Shown: positions 1 to 10,285 of the stretch, piece after piece
Position numbering within the stretch: the stretch's first letter is position 1
How the letters are laid out: every line of letters starts with the position of its first letter
Origin: Cardiobacteriaceae bacterium TAE3-ERU3
Lineage (GTDB): Bacteria > Pseudomonadota > Gammaproteobacteria > Cardiobacteriales > Cardiobacteriaceae
Length of the DNA: 24,000 nt
Direction of reading: 5' to 3'
Assembly (NCBI GenBank): GCA_019218315.1
Contig: JAHUUI010000003.1
Location: 58,443-82,442 of the forward strand
Translations under genes and position numbers: made by a program
The notes under the pieces: model-generated
What the model was told of the DNA's origin: nothing
Databases searched by the model: none
The model's input: the letters and a program-made list of their open reading frames with translations, nothing else

Positions 1-194
1 AACATGAAGTCGCTGTAGTAATTAATGTTGTGGTAGGACGTAAATAACACACTGTCGAGCCGTTCTTTAAGCATATAAGCGCGCAACTTCTCGACCCTGC
101 GCGCAAATTCTGCAGCCGAAAACATCGACTCAACCTTTTCGCCATTATGAATGCGCAACAAATCAGGTAAATCTGCCACCGTCGTTATCGACAT
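1..194 (-). CDS. Creatinase (creatine amidinohydrolase), first ~64 codons only; the gene runs off the left edge
   Basis: Minus-strand translation from the ATG at complement 192-194 gives MSITTVADLPDLLRIHNGEKVESMFSAAEFARRVEKLRAYMLKERLDSVLFTSYHNINYYSDFM. From memory this follows the N-terminal domain of Pseudomonas creatinase (LRIRNGDKV..TFSA.EY..R...LRA...FTSYHNINYYSDF). A GGAGG-like SD lies at complement 201-205. It is missing from the ORF track only because the window truncates it. Confidence 0.75.
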   Translation of the reverse strand, partial: MSITTVADLPDLLRIHNGEKVESMFSAAEFARRVEKLRAYMLKERLDSVLFTSYHNINYYSDFM

Positions 195-293
195 CTCCAA
201 CCTCCATAAACTTGCTTTACTTTAAATTCATCCTAGCTTAGTTTATGAGTCATAAATATTCCCAAACCGACCAATAACACGCAAAAAACGACA

Positions 294-1247
294 ATGACCA
301 CCTATACCATCAGCTTTTTACTTCTCGATGGATTTTCAATGATCGCCTTCACTAACCTCGTCGAGCCGCTACGCATTGCCAACTACTTGCTTCATAGCAC
401 AGCTTACTCATGGCAAATCTCCGGCTTTGGTCAGGCTGCGACACAAGCCAGTAATGCACTCACGCTTAACCACACACACGAACCCGATGCACTACTCAAC
501 GCAGATATGCTGATCGTCTGTGGTGGCTACGACTTACGCCACACCATCAACTCAAAAGTACGCCAGCTGATAAACCGCGCCGCGGCACGAAAATTGATTC
601 TCGGCGGAGCTTGCACCGGAGCTGTGGCACTCGCAGATGCGGGTCAGCTCAACAACTACGCAGCCACGTTGCACTGGGAAAACCTCAGTGCCGCACGCGA
701 ACAATATCCATCAACCCATTTCCGGCAAAACCTGTTTATTGCCGACCGTGACCGCCTCACTTGCTCCGGAGGCACTTCAGCACTCGATATGGCATTGCAT
801 ATTATCTCCAGCCATCACGAACCAACATTGCTCACACGTATTGCGGACATATTCATGATCGAACACATCCGCCCTACCGCTGCTTTGCAACACATGCCAC
901 CGCACATCCCACCCGGCAACACCCATAAGCACTTAAGAGACGCACTTATCATCATGCAGAACACCATCAGCGACCCCATTCCCACAGCTGACATCGCAGA
1001 CAAGATCCACCTCTCATCCCGCCAGCTTGAGCGCCTGTTCAAGCAACACTTGAGCACCAGCCCGGCTCGCCATTACACCCGTTTACGCCTAGAGCACGCC
1101 CGATCACTCTTACTACAAACTGACCTTAGCATCACAGCAATCAGCACTGCCTGCGGCTTTAGTACAGTGTCAAACTTTTGTAAAAGCTACCAAAAACACT
1201 ATCAAATCACGCCCGGAGCTCAGCGCAAAAACATTGCCATATTTTGA
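294..1247 (+). CDS. GlxA-family transcriptional regulator (DJ-1/PfpI-like N-terminal domain plus AraC-type HTH)
   Basis: 317 aa. The N-terminus ISFLLLDGFSMIAFTNLVEPLRIAN is typical of GlxA/CdhR/GbdR-type regulators. The C-terminus has an AraC HTH (SSRQLERLFKQHLSTSPARHYTRLRLEHARSLLLQTDLSITAISTACGFSTVSNFCKSY). It is divergent from the creatinase gene, a common arrangement for this family. Confidence 0.85.
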   Translation: MTTYTISFLLLDGFSMIAFTNLVEPLRIANYLLHSTAYSWQISGFGQAATQASNALTLNHTHEPDALLNADMLIVCGGYDLRHTINSKVRQLINRAAARKLILGGACTGAVALADAGQLNNYAATLHWENLSAAREQYPSTHFRQNLFIADRDRLTCSGGTSALDMALHIISSHHEPTLLTRIADIFMIEHIRPTAALQHMPPHIPPGNTHKHLRDALIIMQNTISDPIPTADIADKIHLSSRQLERLFKQHLSTSPARHYTRLRLEHARSLLLQTDLSITAISTACGFSTVSNFCKSYQKHYQITPGAQRKNIAIF

Positions 1248-1315
1248 GATTGGCAAAAAATGTGAATTTATACGACAATAGGCATTACCTCGAATCATCT
1301 ATATGGAGAAATAAG

Positions 1316-1576
1316 ATGCAAGAACAAAAACTCACTTTGACTAACGCTTCAGGCCTGCACGCCCGTCCGGCAAAAGACTTTGTCCAAATCGCAAAAGGCT
1401 TTGAAAGCAGCATCACGATTGTCAAAGGCGACAACAGCTACAACGGCAAATCACTGATGAAGCTTCTGCAAGCTGGCCTTGCTCAGAATGACGAGCTGAC
1501 CCTGCAAGCAGACGGGGCTGATGAAGCCGATGCGATCACAGCACTGACTGACTTCATCAACAACCTCGACGAATAG
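1316..1576 (+). CDS. ptsH: Phosphocarrier protein HPr
   Basis: 86 aa from the internal ATG at 1316 (MQEQKLTLTNASGLHARPAKDFV...). It has the active-site His motif GLHARPA and the GKSLMKL serine region. An SD-like TGGAGA lies about 8 nt upstream. The 1244 start in the ORF track overlaps the stop of the upstream gene and adds a non-HPr leader. Confidence 0.9.
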   Translation: MQEQKLTLTNASGLHARPAKDFVQIAKGFESSITIVKGDNSYNGKSLMKLLQAGLAQNDELTLQADGADEADAITALTDFINNLDE

Positions 1577-1584
1577 TTCGAATC

Positions 1585-1612
1585 AAAAAAGCGGTCATCA
1601 TGGCCGCTTTTG
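1585..1612 (+). terminator. Rho-independent terminator after ptsH
   Basis: Stem GCGGTCA (1591-1597) pairs with TGGCCGC (1601-1607), including one G-U pair. It is followed by TTTT (1608-1611) and preceded by an A-run (1585-1590). Confidence 0.55.
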
Positions 1613-1639
1613 CACAAGTGAATGACTGTGATCTAAATT
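1610..1639 (+). promoter_or_regulatory. Candidate sigma70 promoter for ptsI
   Basis: TTGCAC (1610-1615), 18-nt spacer, TAAATT (1634-1639), about 70 nt upstream of the ptsI ATG. This is a pattern match only. Confidence 0.25.
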
Positions 1640-1707
1640 AAAGGTACACACGCATCAATAAGCAGCATCATGCATGCATTGCTGTACCAAACCGAAACGG
1701 AGTAATC

Positions 1708-3429
1708 ATGAATATATACAAAGGACTCGCTGCCTCACCTGGAATTTCTGAAGGTGTACTGTGGCATTATCGGCCACAGCAACCGAAAGTTGATTCACGC
1801 ACCATCGATGAGTCGGAAATCAGTACGGAACAACAGTCTTTTCATGATGCCCGTAAAACGGTCGATACGCACTTAGCAGCTATTTTTGAGCGCGTACTCG
1901 CCAAGCAAGGCAAAGAAGAAGCAGAGATTTTTGCCAGCCACCGTGAACTGCTTGACGATGAAGAACTCGTTGGCGATATCGTTAGCCTGATCAACGACGA
2001 CAAGCTCACTGCTACTGCAGCGGTCAAGAGTTATCTCGATGATGCCGCCGAAACCATGCGCCAGCTCGATGATCCATACTTGCAAGAACGTGCTGCCGAG
2101 TTCCTCGATTTGCAGAAAAATATCTTACTCGCACTCAATGGCCTCCCACTTGCCGGCCTTGGCAACGTCGCTAATAACAGCATTATCGTCGCTGAAGATC
2201 TCACGCCAAGCGAAACTGCACAGCTCGATATCGATGATGTGCGCGGCTTCGTTCTTGAGCGCGGCGGCCTGACCAGCCACGTTGCGATCCTCGCACGCAA
2301 CCTCGGCTTACCAGCCGTGATGGGCTTAAGCAATATCATGAGTGCTGGAAAAGATGGCGACAAAGCGCTGATTGACGGCAGTACAGGTACTTTTATTATC
2401 GAACCTGATCAAGCAACTCAGCGTATTTATGCGCAAAAGCACGAAGAGCAGAACCGCCGCAAAGCCGAGTATGCCAAGCTGTATGGCAAACCAGCTGTCA
2501 CCAAGGACGGCGTACACTTCCCACTCTATTCCAACATTGGCTCCTCCGCCAATTTGCACCTGATCGAAGAGAATGGCAGCGAAGGCATCGGCTTATTCCG
2601 CTCTGAATTCCTGTTTATGGAAAGTGCTCAGGCACCAAGTGAGGAAGAGCAGCTTAAGGTCTATCAGGAAGTTGTTGAGCACATGGAAGGCAAGCCGGTT
2701 ATTCTGCGCTTGCTCGACATCGGCGGCGACAAACCACTCAATTACATGGACTTCAAAAGCGAAGACAACCCATTCCTTGGCTGGCGTGGCGTGCGTCTGT
2801 ATAAAGATCACCCGGAAATTTTCCTCAGCCAGATTCGCGCAGCGTTACGCGCATCAGCCTTTGGTGACCTGCGCATTATGGTGCCGATGGTCATTGGTGT
2901 TGATGAAATCCGCTGGGTTAAAGAGCAGTGCAAAGAGCAAGCTGAGAAGCTTCAAGCAGAAGGATTTAAGGTCAACCCTGATATCCAAGTCGGTATCATG
3001 ATTGAAACCCCGGCTTCAGCCATGGTCGCACCACAGCTGGCCAAAGTTGCTGATTTCTTCAGCATCGGCACCAACGATCTCACGCAATATACCCTTGCAG
3101 TGGATCGCGGTAATACACGCATTTCCGAACTTTACGACAGCCTGCATCCGGCCGTATTACGCCTGATGGACATCACCTGCCAAGCCGCGCATGAAGCTGG
3201 CATCGAAGTTGGCATTTGTGGAGAAATGGGCGGGCAAGCAGAAGCCACTCCATTACTCGTCGGCATGGGTATGGATGAAATTTCTATTTCTGGCCATGGC
3301 GTACCTGCAGTTAAATACGACATCATGCACCTTGAGCAAAAAGCCTGCCGTGAGCTACTCAATCGAGCTATTGCCGCGGAAGACAGCACCGAAGTCAGAG
3401 CCTTAATTCAGGATTTTATTAACCATTAA
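1708..3429 (+). CDS. ptsI: PEP-protein phosphotransferase, PTS Enzyme I
   Basis: 573 aa, the canonical length. It has the phosphohistidine region GGLTSHVAILARNLGLPAV and PEP-utilising C-terminal motifs (GLFRSEFLF, FFSIGTNDLTQYTLA, GICGEMGG). A GGAG SD lies 7 nt upstream. Confidence 0.95.
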   Translation: MNIYKGLAASPGISEGVLWHYRPQQPKVDSRTIDESEISTEQQSFHDARKTVDTHLAAIFERVLAKQGKEEAEIFASHRELLDDEELVGDIVSLINDDKLTATAAVKSYLDDAAETMRQLDDPYLQERAAEFLDLQKNILLALNGLPLAGLGNVANNSIIVAEDLTPSETAQLDIDDVRGFVLERGGLTSHVAILARNLGLPAVMGLSNIMSAGKDGDKALIDGSTGTFIIEPDQATQRIYAQKHEEQNRRKAEYAKLYGKPAVTKDGVHFPLYSNIGSSANLHLIEENGSEGIGLFRSEFLFMESAQAPSEEEQLKVYQEVVEHMEGKPVILRLLDIGGDKPLNYMDFKSEDNPFLGWRGVRLYKDHPEIFLSQIRAALRASAFGDLRIMVPMVIGVDEIRWVKEQCKEQAEKLQAEGFKVNPDIQVGIMIETPASAMVAPQLAKVADFFSIGTNDLTQYTLAVDRGNTRISELYDSLHPAVLRLMDITCQAAHEAGIEVGICGEMGGQAEATPLLVGMGMDEISISGHGVPAVKYDIMHLEQKACRELLNRAIAAEDSTEVRALIQDFINH

Positions 3430-3452
3430 AAATCTATTGACTCAGTATTGAT

Positions 3453-3485
3453 ATAGGGCGTTATTATTAACGCCCTATTTTTTTG
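3453..3485 (+). terminator. Rho-independent terminator immediately after ptsI
   Basis: A perfect 10-bp stem, ATAGGGCGTT (3453-3462) with AACGCCCTAT (3469-3478), has loop ATTATT and is followed by a T-run through 3484. Confidence 0.7.
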
Positions 3486-3503
3486 TCTGCAAAGGTACCC
3501 ATT

Positions 3504-5432
3504 ATGCTGATAACCACAGGCCTCATTGCAACCAATGAGTGCATTACAGATAAGGATGCAGCCCTGACCCGACTGACTGAGCTGCTTGTAGAGAATAATA
3601 AAGTTGAAGCAAGCTATATTGAAGGCATGCGTGCTCGCGAACAACAGATCAACACCTATCTCGATCAAGGTATTGCCATTCCACACGGCACACCAGAAAG
3701 CCGATGTGATATTCACGAAACAGCTATTGCTTTTCTGCAAGTTCCAAACGGGATTGCCTGGGGTGAACAGGGAGAAACAGCTACCCTCTTGATCGGCATT
3801 GCAGCCAAAGGTGATGAGCACCTCGATATTCTGCGCCGATTAACAGGCATTCTCGATGACGAGCAGACTTTACACACCCTAAAAACCACCAATGACAAAG
3901 CACTGATTGCGCGGATTCTCAATGGTGAGGAAAGTGGCAACGCTAAGACTGAGGCACCTACAAATACCGAAGCATCGCTATCCGAACAAAGCACCGAATC
4001 CAAGGGGCTGATTATCGGTGTCACCTCTTGCCCTACCGGTATTGCCCATACTTTTATGGCAGCAGAGAGCCTAAACAATGCTGCTAAAGCGCTTGGTTAC
4101 CGCGTCAACATTGAGACTCAGGGCAGCGTCGGTACTCAAGATACGCTAAGTGATAGGGATATCAGCGACGCTGAAGTCGTTATCATTGCATCTGATACCA
4201 GCGTCGATCTAAGCCGCTTTAATGGCAAACGCATTTACCAAACTAACACCAAGGCTGCCATCAATAATGGACGGGCTACAATCGAAAGAGCACTTGCAGA
4301 AGCTTCTCTCTTAAACAAACGCAGCAGCAACAACGCACAACAGGCATCACCACAATCAAGCACATCTGCACTGTCATCCGTCTATAAACACTTGATGACT
4401 GGTGTCTCTTTCATGCTGCCCTTTGTCGTCGCTGGTGGCTTGCTGATTGCACTTGGCTTTGCCTTTGGCTCATGGCAGTTTGGCGATCAGGGCATCTATA
4501 TTTATGAGGCTGAATACGCAGGCAGCATCGGGCAAGTATTATTTAATACCGGTAAAGCAGCCTTTGCGCTATTTGTGCCAATACTCGGCGGTTATATTGC
4601 CTATTCTATTGCCGGCCGCGCTGCTATTGCCCCGGGTATGGTTGGCGGTTTTCTCGCTAATAGCGAAGGAAGCGGGTTTATTGGTGCGATCATTGCCGGT
4701 TTCATTGCCGGTTACCTGATTGCAGCGCTGACCAAATGGATCAAATTACCCAAATCCCTCGATGGTCTCAAACCAATTTTGATCTTGCCATTGCTTGGCA
4801 CCATGATTGTCGGCTTACTGATGTTCTACCTGATCGGCGATCCTGTTACAAGCCTCAATAATAGCCTCACCACCTGGCTGCAATCCATCAGTGGCGTCAA
4901 TGCTGCTGTGCTTGGTCTCATCCTCGGCGCAATGATGGCTGTCGATATGGGTGGACCAATCAATAAAGCAGCGTATGTTTTTGCAACCGGCCTCATCGGT
5001 TCGGAAGTCTATGCGCCAATGGCAGCCGTCATGGCTGCTGGGATGACGCCACCGTTGGCCATTTTTTTCGCCAGCATCATACGCCGTAATTTATTTAGCA
5101 CAGAAGAACGCGAAGCAGCCAAAGCAGCTGGTGTCATGGGCCTGGCCTTCATTACCGAGGGTGCTATTCCCTTTGCTGCACGTGACCCATTGCGCGTCAT
5201 CCCCGCATTGATTGCCGGTAGTGCAATAGCTGGTGCGATGAGTATGGCTTTTGATTGCTTACTGCGCGCACCACACGGTGGCCTATTCGTATTATTCGTG
5301 CCCAATGCAGTCAGCAATCTTGCTATGTATATTCTCAGCATTGTGATCGGAACGGCCGTCAGTACTGCGGCTTTGATTTTGCTGAAGCCGCGCGTTAGTG
5401 GCCAAGCCGTAAACGCACCAACACAAGCTTAA
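3504..5432 (+). CDS. PTS fructose-family (Fru/Mtl superfamily) EIIABC permease, substrate uncertain
   Basis: EIIA(Fru/Mtl-type) domain with [14 protein letters not shown]. Ser/Thr/Glu-rich linker. EIIB-Fru domain with [18 protein letters not shown]-rich linker. Polytopic EIIC ([17 protein letters not shown]..., [13 protein letters not shown]). I prefer the ATG at 3504, which has AAAGG 8 nt upstream. The track's TTG start at 3483 lies inside the T-tract of the ptsI terminator. Confidence 0.9.
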   Translation: MLITTGLIATNECITDKDAALTRLTELLVENNKVEASYIEGMRAREQQINTYLDQGIAIPHGTPESRCDIHETAIAFLQVPNGIAWGEQGETATLLIGIAAKGDEHLDILRRLTGILDDEQTLHTLKTTNDKALIARILNGEESGNAKTEAPTNTEASLSEQSTESKGLIIGVTSCPTGIAHTFMAAESLNNAAKALGYRVNIETQGSVGTQDTLSDRDISDAEVVIIASDTSVDLSRFNGKRIYQTNTKAAINNGRATIERALAEASLLNKRSSNNAQQASPQSSTSALSSVYKHLMTGVSFMLPFVVAGGLLIALGFAFGSWQFGDQGIYIYEAEYAGSIGQVLFNTGKAAFALFVPILGGYIAYSIAGRAAIAPGMVGGFLANSEGSGFIGAIIAGFIAGYLIAALTKWIKLPKSLDGLKPILILPLLGTMIVGLLMFYLIGDPVTSLNNSLTTWLQSISGVNAAVLGLILGAMMAVDMGGPINKAAYVFATGLIGSEVYAPMAAVMAAGMTPPLAIFFASIIRRNLFSTEEREAAKAAGVMGLAFITEGAIPFAARDPLRVIPALIAGSAIAGAMSMAFDCLLRAPHGGLFVLFVPNAVSNLAMYILSIVIGTAVSTAALILLKPRVSGQAVNAPTQA

Positions 5433-5559
5433 GCCAGCATCAGTGCATGTAGTCAGCGTGTGTCAGTACCCTCAGGTATTGGCATACGCTCGGTACTACA
5501 GCGCAAGCAGCAATACCTAGCCAAATATGGCATTAGAGTATGCCGCAAGAATAGGATGA

Positions 5560-7026
<1,467 letters not shown>

Positions 7027-7069
7027 CATTCATTGATTATTTAATCATCTCTTTCTGAAATAAACACAA

Positions 7070-7096
7070 TTGTCAATCGACTAAAATGGTTATAAT
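7070..7096 (+). promoter_or_regulatory. Candidate sigma70 promoter for the ptsG-like gene
   Basis: A perfect -10 TATAAT (7091-7096) is paired with TTGTCA (7070-7075), but the spacer is only 15 nt. It sits about 68 nt upstream of the ATG, which has a strong AAGGAG SD. Confidence 0.3.
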
Positions 7097-7163
7097 ACAA
7101 ATTGGTAATTGTTTCCACCAAAACGAATCAGCCATTTTTAGGATAAATACAGAAGGAGAATAA

Positions 7164-9113
7164 ATGTCAAATTTATTTGCTAATTTGCAGAAAGTCGGTA
7201 AGGCTCTCATGCTGCCTGTATCGGTATTACCCGTTGCAGGCATTTTACTGGGTGTTGGTGCTGCTCATTTCAGCTGGTTGCCAGAAATTGTTTCAAACAT
7301 TATGGAACAAGCAGGTAGCTCAGTATTTGGACAAATGCCATTACTGTTTGCCATCGGTGTTGTTTTAGGCTTCACAAGAAATGATGGCGTTGCCGCTTTA
7401 GCCGCTGTCGTCGGTTATGGCATTTTACAGGCAACATTGGTTGTCATGGCACCTGTTGTTGGTGTAGAAGCCATTGATACTGGTGTTTTGGGTGGTATTT
7501 TGGCTGGTGCTGTCGCAGCTTGGGCATTCAACCAATTCTACAGAATGACACTGCCGAGTTATCTGGGCTTCTTCGCTGGCAAGCGTTCAGTTCCTATTAT
7601 CACCGGCTTCCTCTCTATCCTTTTAGGTCTGATTCTGTCTGTCGTATGGCCGCCAATCGGTCATGCAATAGCCGTCTTCTCATCTTGGGCCGCAGAACAA
7701 AGTCCAGAATTTGCATTCGGTATTTACGGTGTCATTGAGCGTACGCTGATCCCGACAGGCCTGCATCATATCTGGAACGTACCGTTCTTCTTCGAAGCGG
7801 GAACTTGTGTTGATGCCTCAGGCGCTACACAGCACGGCATCGTAACCTGCTACTTGTCTGCTACCGAAGCAACCCGTACTCCGGAAATGAGCTACTTTGG
7901 GCAGCTCGCGGGCGGCTACTTATTCAAGATGTTTGGTTTACCAGCTGCGGCAATCGCTATTTGGCGCGCAGCCAAGCCTGAGAACCGCAAGATCGTTGGC
8001 GGTTTAATGATTTCTGCTGCATTGACGTCATTCCTGACCGGGATCACCGAACCAATTGAGTTTGCATTCCTGTTTGTTGCACCAATCCTATATGGCGTCC
8101 ACGTTCTGCTTGCTGGTTGTGCTTATGTGCTAACCAACATGCTCGGTATCGTTCACGGTACGTCTTTCTCACACGGCTTGATTGACTTCATCGTACTGTC
8201 TGGCCATTCTCAAAAAATCTGGTTGCTCATCATCTTAGGATTGATTTACGCAGCTCTTTATTATGTGATTTTCACTGTTCTGATTAAAAAATTGGATTTG
8301 AAAACACCTGGTCGAGATGCTGATTTAACAGTCGATACTCAAGATAATGCTAGTGGCGCAGGCAATAACAGCATAGCTCAAGCATTAGTCGAAGCTTATG
8401 GTGGCAAAGAAAATATTGACAACCTAGACGCCTGCATCACTCGTTTGCGCATCACAGTCAAAGATGTCAATGCAGTCGATCAGGGCAAGCTCAAAGCGTT
8501 AGGCGCTGCGGGTGTATACGTTGCTGGCAAAGGTGTACAAGCAATCTTTGGCACCAGATCCGATAACCTGAAAACGGACATGGAAGACTGGATCAAATCC
8601 GGTACAACGAGTACTCAAGCACCAGCACAACCTGTGACCAAAGCAGAGCCAACACCTAAAGCAACGAATGAAACACCTACCATTCCTGCTGATTGGCGTA
8701 TGCCATTAGAGGGTGAGGTTATTCCTTTAGCCGAAGTACCTGATCAAGTCTTTGCTGAAGGTACTATGGGTGCAGGCTTTGCAATCAAGCCAACAGGTAA
8801 ACAAGTAGTTTCACCTGTAGCTGGCAAAGTAAGCTTTGTATTCCCAACCAAACATGCTGTAGGTATTATTACGGACAGTGGTTTGGAAGTCCTTATCCAC
8901 TTGGGCATCGATACAGTCAAGCTGAAAGGCGAAGGCTTCACCAGCTTGGTTCAAGAAGGTGATGACGTCGTTGCTGGTACGCCGCTGATTGAGGCTGACT
9001 GGTCAGTCATTGGGCCGCAAGTACCGAGTATCATTAGCCCAATTATTTTCACTAATTTTACAGACGGTGAAGAAGTGGCGATTATTGATAATAAGCCTGT
9101 GATCAAATCCTAA
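7164..9113 (+). CDS. ptsG: PTS glucose-family EIICBA (PtsG-like EIICB fused to an EIIA-Glc/Crr-like domain)
   Basis: 649 aa. The N-terminus is nearly colinear with remembered E. coli PtsG ([26 protein letters not shown]...FSWLP; [10 protein letters not shown]; [14 protein letters not shown]). The EIIB motif [10 protein letters not shown] is present. An Ala/Pro/Thr-rich linker leads to a C-terminal EIIA-Glc domain with both His (PTKHAVGI and [16 protein letters not shown]). Confidence 0.9.
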   Translation: MSNLFANLQKVGKALMLPVSVLPVAGILLGVGAAHFSWLPEIVSNIMEQAGSSVFGQMPLLFAIGVVLGFTRNDGVAALAAVVGYGILQATLVVMAPVVGVEAIDTGVLGGILAGAVAAWAFNQFYRMTLPSYLGFFAGKRSVPIITGFLSILLGLILSVVWPPIGHAIAVFSSWAAEQSPEFAFGIYGVIERTLIPTGLHHIWNVPFFFEAGTCVDASGATQHGIVTCYLSATEATRTPEMSYFGQLAGGYLFKMFGLPAAAIAIWRAAKPENRKIVGGLMISAALTSFLTGITEPIEFAFLFVAPILYGVHVLLAGCAYVLTNMLGIVHGTSFSHGLIDFIVLSGHSQKIWLLIILGLIYAALYYVIFTVLIKKLDLKTPGRDADLTVDTQDNASGAGNNSIAQALVEAYGGKENIDNLDACITRLRITVKDVNAVDQGKLKALGAAGVYVAGKGVQAIFGTRSDNLKTDMEDWIKSGTTSTQAPAQPVTKAEPTPKATNETPTIPADWRMPLEGEVIPLAEVPDQVFAEGTMGAGFAIKPTGKQVVSPVAGKVSFVFPTKHAVGIITDSGLEVLIHLGIDTVKLKGEGFTSLVQEGDDVVAGTPLIEADWSVIGPQVPSIISPIIFTNFTDGEEVAIIDNKPVIKS

Positions 9114-9141
9114 CTTTATAATCCAAAGTTGGTATACAGCA

Positions 9142-9176
9142 ATGGCTCTGGATCATATCCAGAGCCATTTTTGTTT
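9142..9176 (+). terminator. Rho-independent terminator after the ptsG-like gene
   Basis: A perfect 11-bp stem, ATGGCTCTGGA (9142-9152) with TCCAGAGCCAT (9158-9168), has loop TCATA and is followed by TTTTGTTT. Confidence 0.8.
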
Positions 9177-9460
9177 CAGCAGTCATTTTGGGGAATACAG
9201 GCCTATCCATTCCTCAGAGCGGAATTTATTCACAAAGTAAAATAGCGATACATACCACGCAGCGGTGTAGCAAAAGCCTTGGTCTGTTACTGGGTCGCGC
9301 TTAAAATATCAGGAACATCCCAATGGTATTCCCATTGAAATTATTAGCTATGAAGGACAGCAGAGCTATACAGGATTCTGGCAGATAACGGCTAGATAAT
9401 ACCTTTACACCATTAAACAAGCGTTCTCAATAATCCAACCTAAAACACAGGAAATATAAA

Positions 9461-10057
9461 ATGATATATAAATGGATGAATGCTGATTCACGCTATGCGC
9501 AATACGATGGAAAAGAAGAAGTTGATGACACGGCTATTACATGGATGAGCCCCGTTCTTGGTGATCCATTACCGCCATTGTCACAATGGCGTACCCCAAC
9601 TCTGACACAGTATATTGGCGATAATAGTAGTAAATCATCCAAAATCATTGCTGATTGTGTGAGAGGGCTTTCACCCTACATTAACCAAAAATCAGTCGAT
9701 GCCCTGGCAGATATATGGGACAAGCATGCCACTTTATATCCCGTGATATTGGATGACAGACCTAATGAGCCTTATTATATGGTAGTGGTAAACACAGTGA
9801 TTGATTGTATTGACCGCGAAGCATCAATTGGCAATATTGACAAAAATACGCTACACGGCAAAAAAGGCTACTTTAGTGGCATTACTCAATGGGTATTTAG
9901 AGAAGATGAGATTGGTGATAATGATATATTTGTATTACCAGATGATCCATCTACTAACTATGTGACAGAAAGGTTCAAACAACGGGTTATCGAAGCAGAA
10001 TTGACAGGATTTGGTTTTGTGACAGAACAATTTGACGATAATCCATTTGTTTCTTAG
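9461..10057 (+). CDS. Imm11/DUF1629-like polymorphic-toxin immunity protein (orphan; no intact toxin gene upstream)
   Basis: 198 aa. Its codon usage is visibly more AT-rich than the neighbouring genes. The motif layout matches my recollection of Imm11 family proteins: a central hydrophobic strand then C.D.E.S (PYYMVVVNTVIDCIDREAS), and a C-terminal IF......YVTERFKQRVIEAELTGFGF. AGGA lies 9 nt upstream of the ATG. The family call is from memory, not an HMM hit. Confidence 0.6.
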   Translation: MIYKWMNADSRYAQYDGKEEVDDTAITWMSPVLGDPLPPLSQWRTPTLTQYIGDNSSKSSKIIADCVRGLSPYINQKSVDALADIWDKHATLYPVILDDRPNEPYYMVVVNTVIDCIDREASIGNIDKNTLHGKKGYFSGITQWVFREDEIGDNDIFVLPDDPSTNYVTERFKQRVIEAELTGFGFVTEQFDDNPFVS

Positions 10058-10115
10058 GCCAACTCTGCTATTTTTTGTAGTATAAAAAGACCCCAGAAAA
10101 CAGTTACAGCTCATA

Positions 10116-10146
10116 AAAGCCAGGCATTGTTCTGGTTTTATTTTTT
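10116..10146 (+). terminator. Probable rho-independent terminator after the immunity gene
   Basis: Stem AAAGCCAG (10116-10123) pairs with CTGGTTTT (10132-10139), including one G-U pair. It is followed by ATTTTTT. Confidence 0.5.
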
Positions 10147-10221
10147 GGCTACCTTGCGACCATGTTTCTCGAGTTCGGCTGTAGTTTATGCGCCACTCAC
10201 GGCCTTACTTTTTCAAGATAT

Positions 10222-10252
10222 AAAAAACGCCCCAATGTTTCCATTGAGGCGC
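10222..10252 (-). terminator. Rho-independent terminator of the aga operon
   Basis: On the minus-strand RNA, GCGCCUCAAUG-GAAA-CAUUGGGGCG is followed by UUUUUU (plus coordinates 10222-10227). The single imperfect position is a G-U pair on the minus-strand RNA but a C-A mismatch on the plus strand, which fits minus-strand function. It lies 34 nt downstream of the agaA stop. Confidence 0.75.
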
Positions 10253-10285
10253 TGATATCAGCCAGCTAATTCAACTGACTTACTG

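Noticed and set aside
1261-1282. A possible CRP site (TGTGA-N6-ACGAC) upstream of ptsH
   Set aside because: Only the left half-site matches the TGTGA-N6-TCACA consensus. The right half matches at about one position.
1244-1315. The longer 110-aa version of HPr, with analogous upstream extensions for EIIB (14183-14200) and EIIA (11876-11899)
   Set aside because: The extensions contain the genes' own SD sequences or overlap the preceding stop codon. They also add residues before the conserved family N-termini.
3431-3462. Weak resemblance to a BglG/LicT-type RAT antiterminator target overlapping the ptsI terminator (ATTGACTCAG... versus GGATTGTTACTG...)
   Set aside because: The match is poor beyond a few bases, and no PRD-containing antiterminator gene is present in the window.
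3483-3503. The TTG start at 3483 for the EIIABC gene
   Set aside because: The codon lies in the U-tract of the ptsI terminator and lacks an SD. The ATG at 3504 has AAAGG at proper spacing, and the EIIA domain alignment begins there.
7102-7121. The palindrome-like TTGGT-N10-ACCAA downstream of the ptsG -10, considered as an Mlc/NagC-type operator
   Set aside because: It has only 5-bp arms and no resemblance to the AT-rich Mlc/NagC consensus as I remember it.
9139-9240. A short ORF (AMALDHIQSHFCFSSHFGEYRPIHSSERNLFTK) starting within the ptsG terminator
   Set aside because: It overlaps the terminator hairpin, has no SD, and has a random-looking composition.
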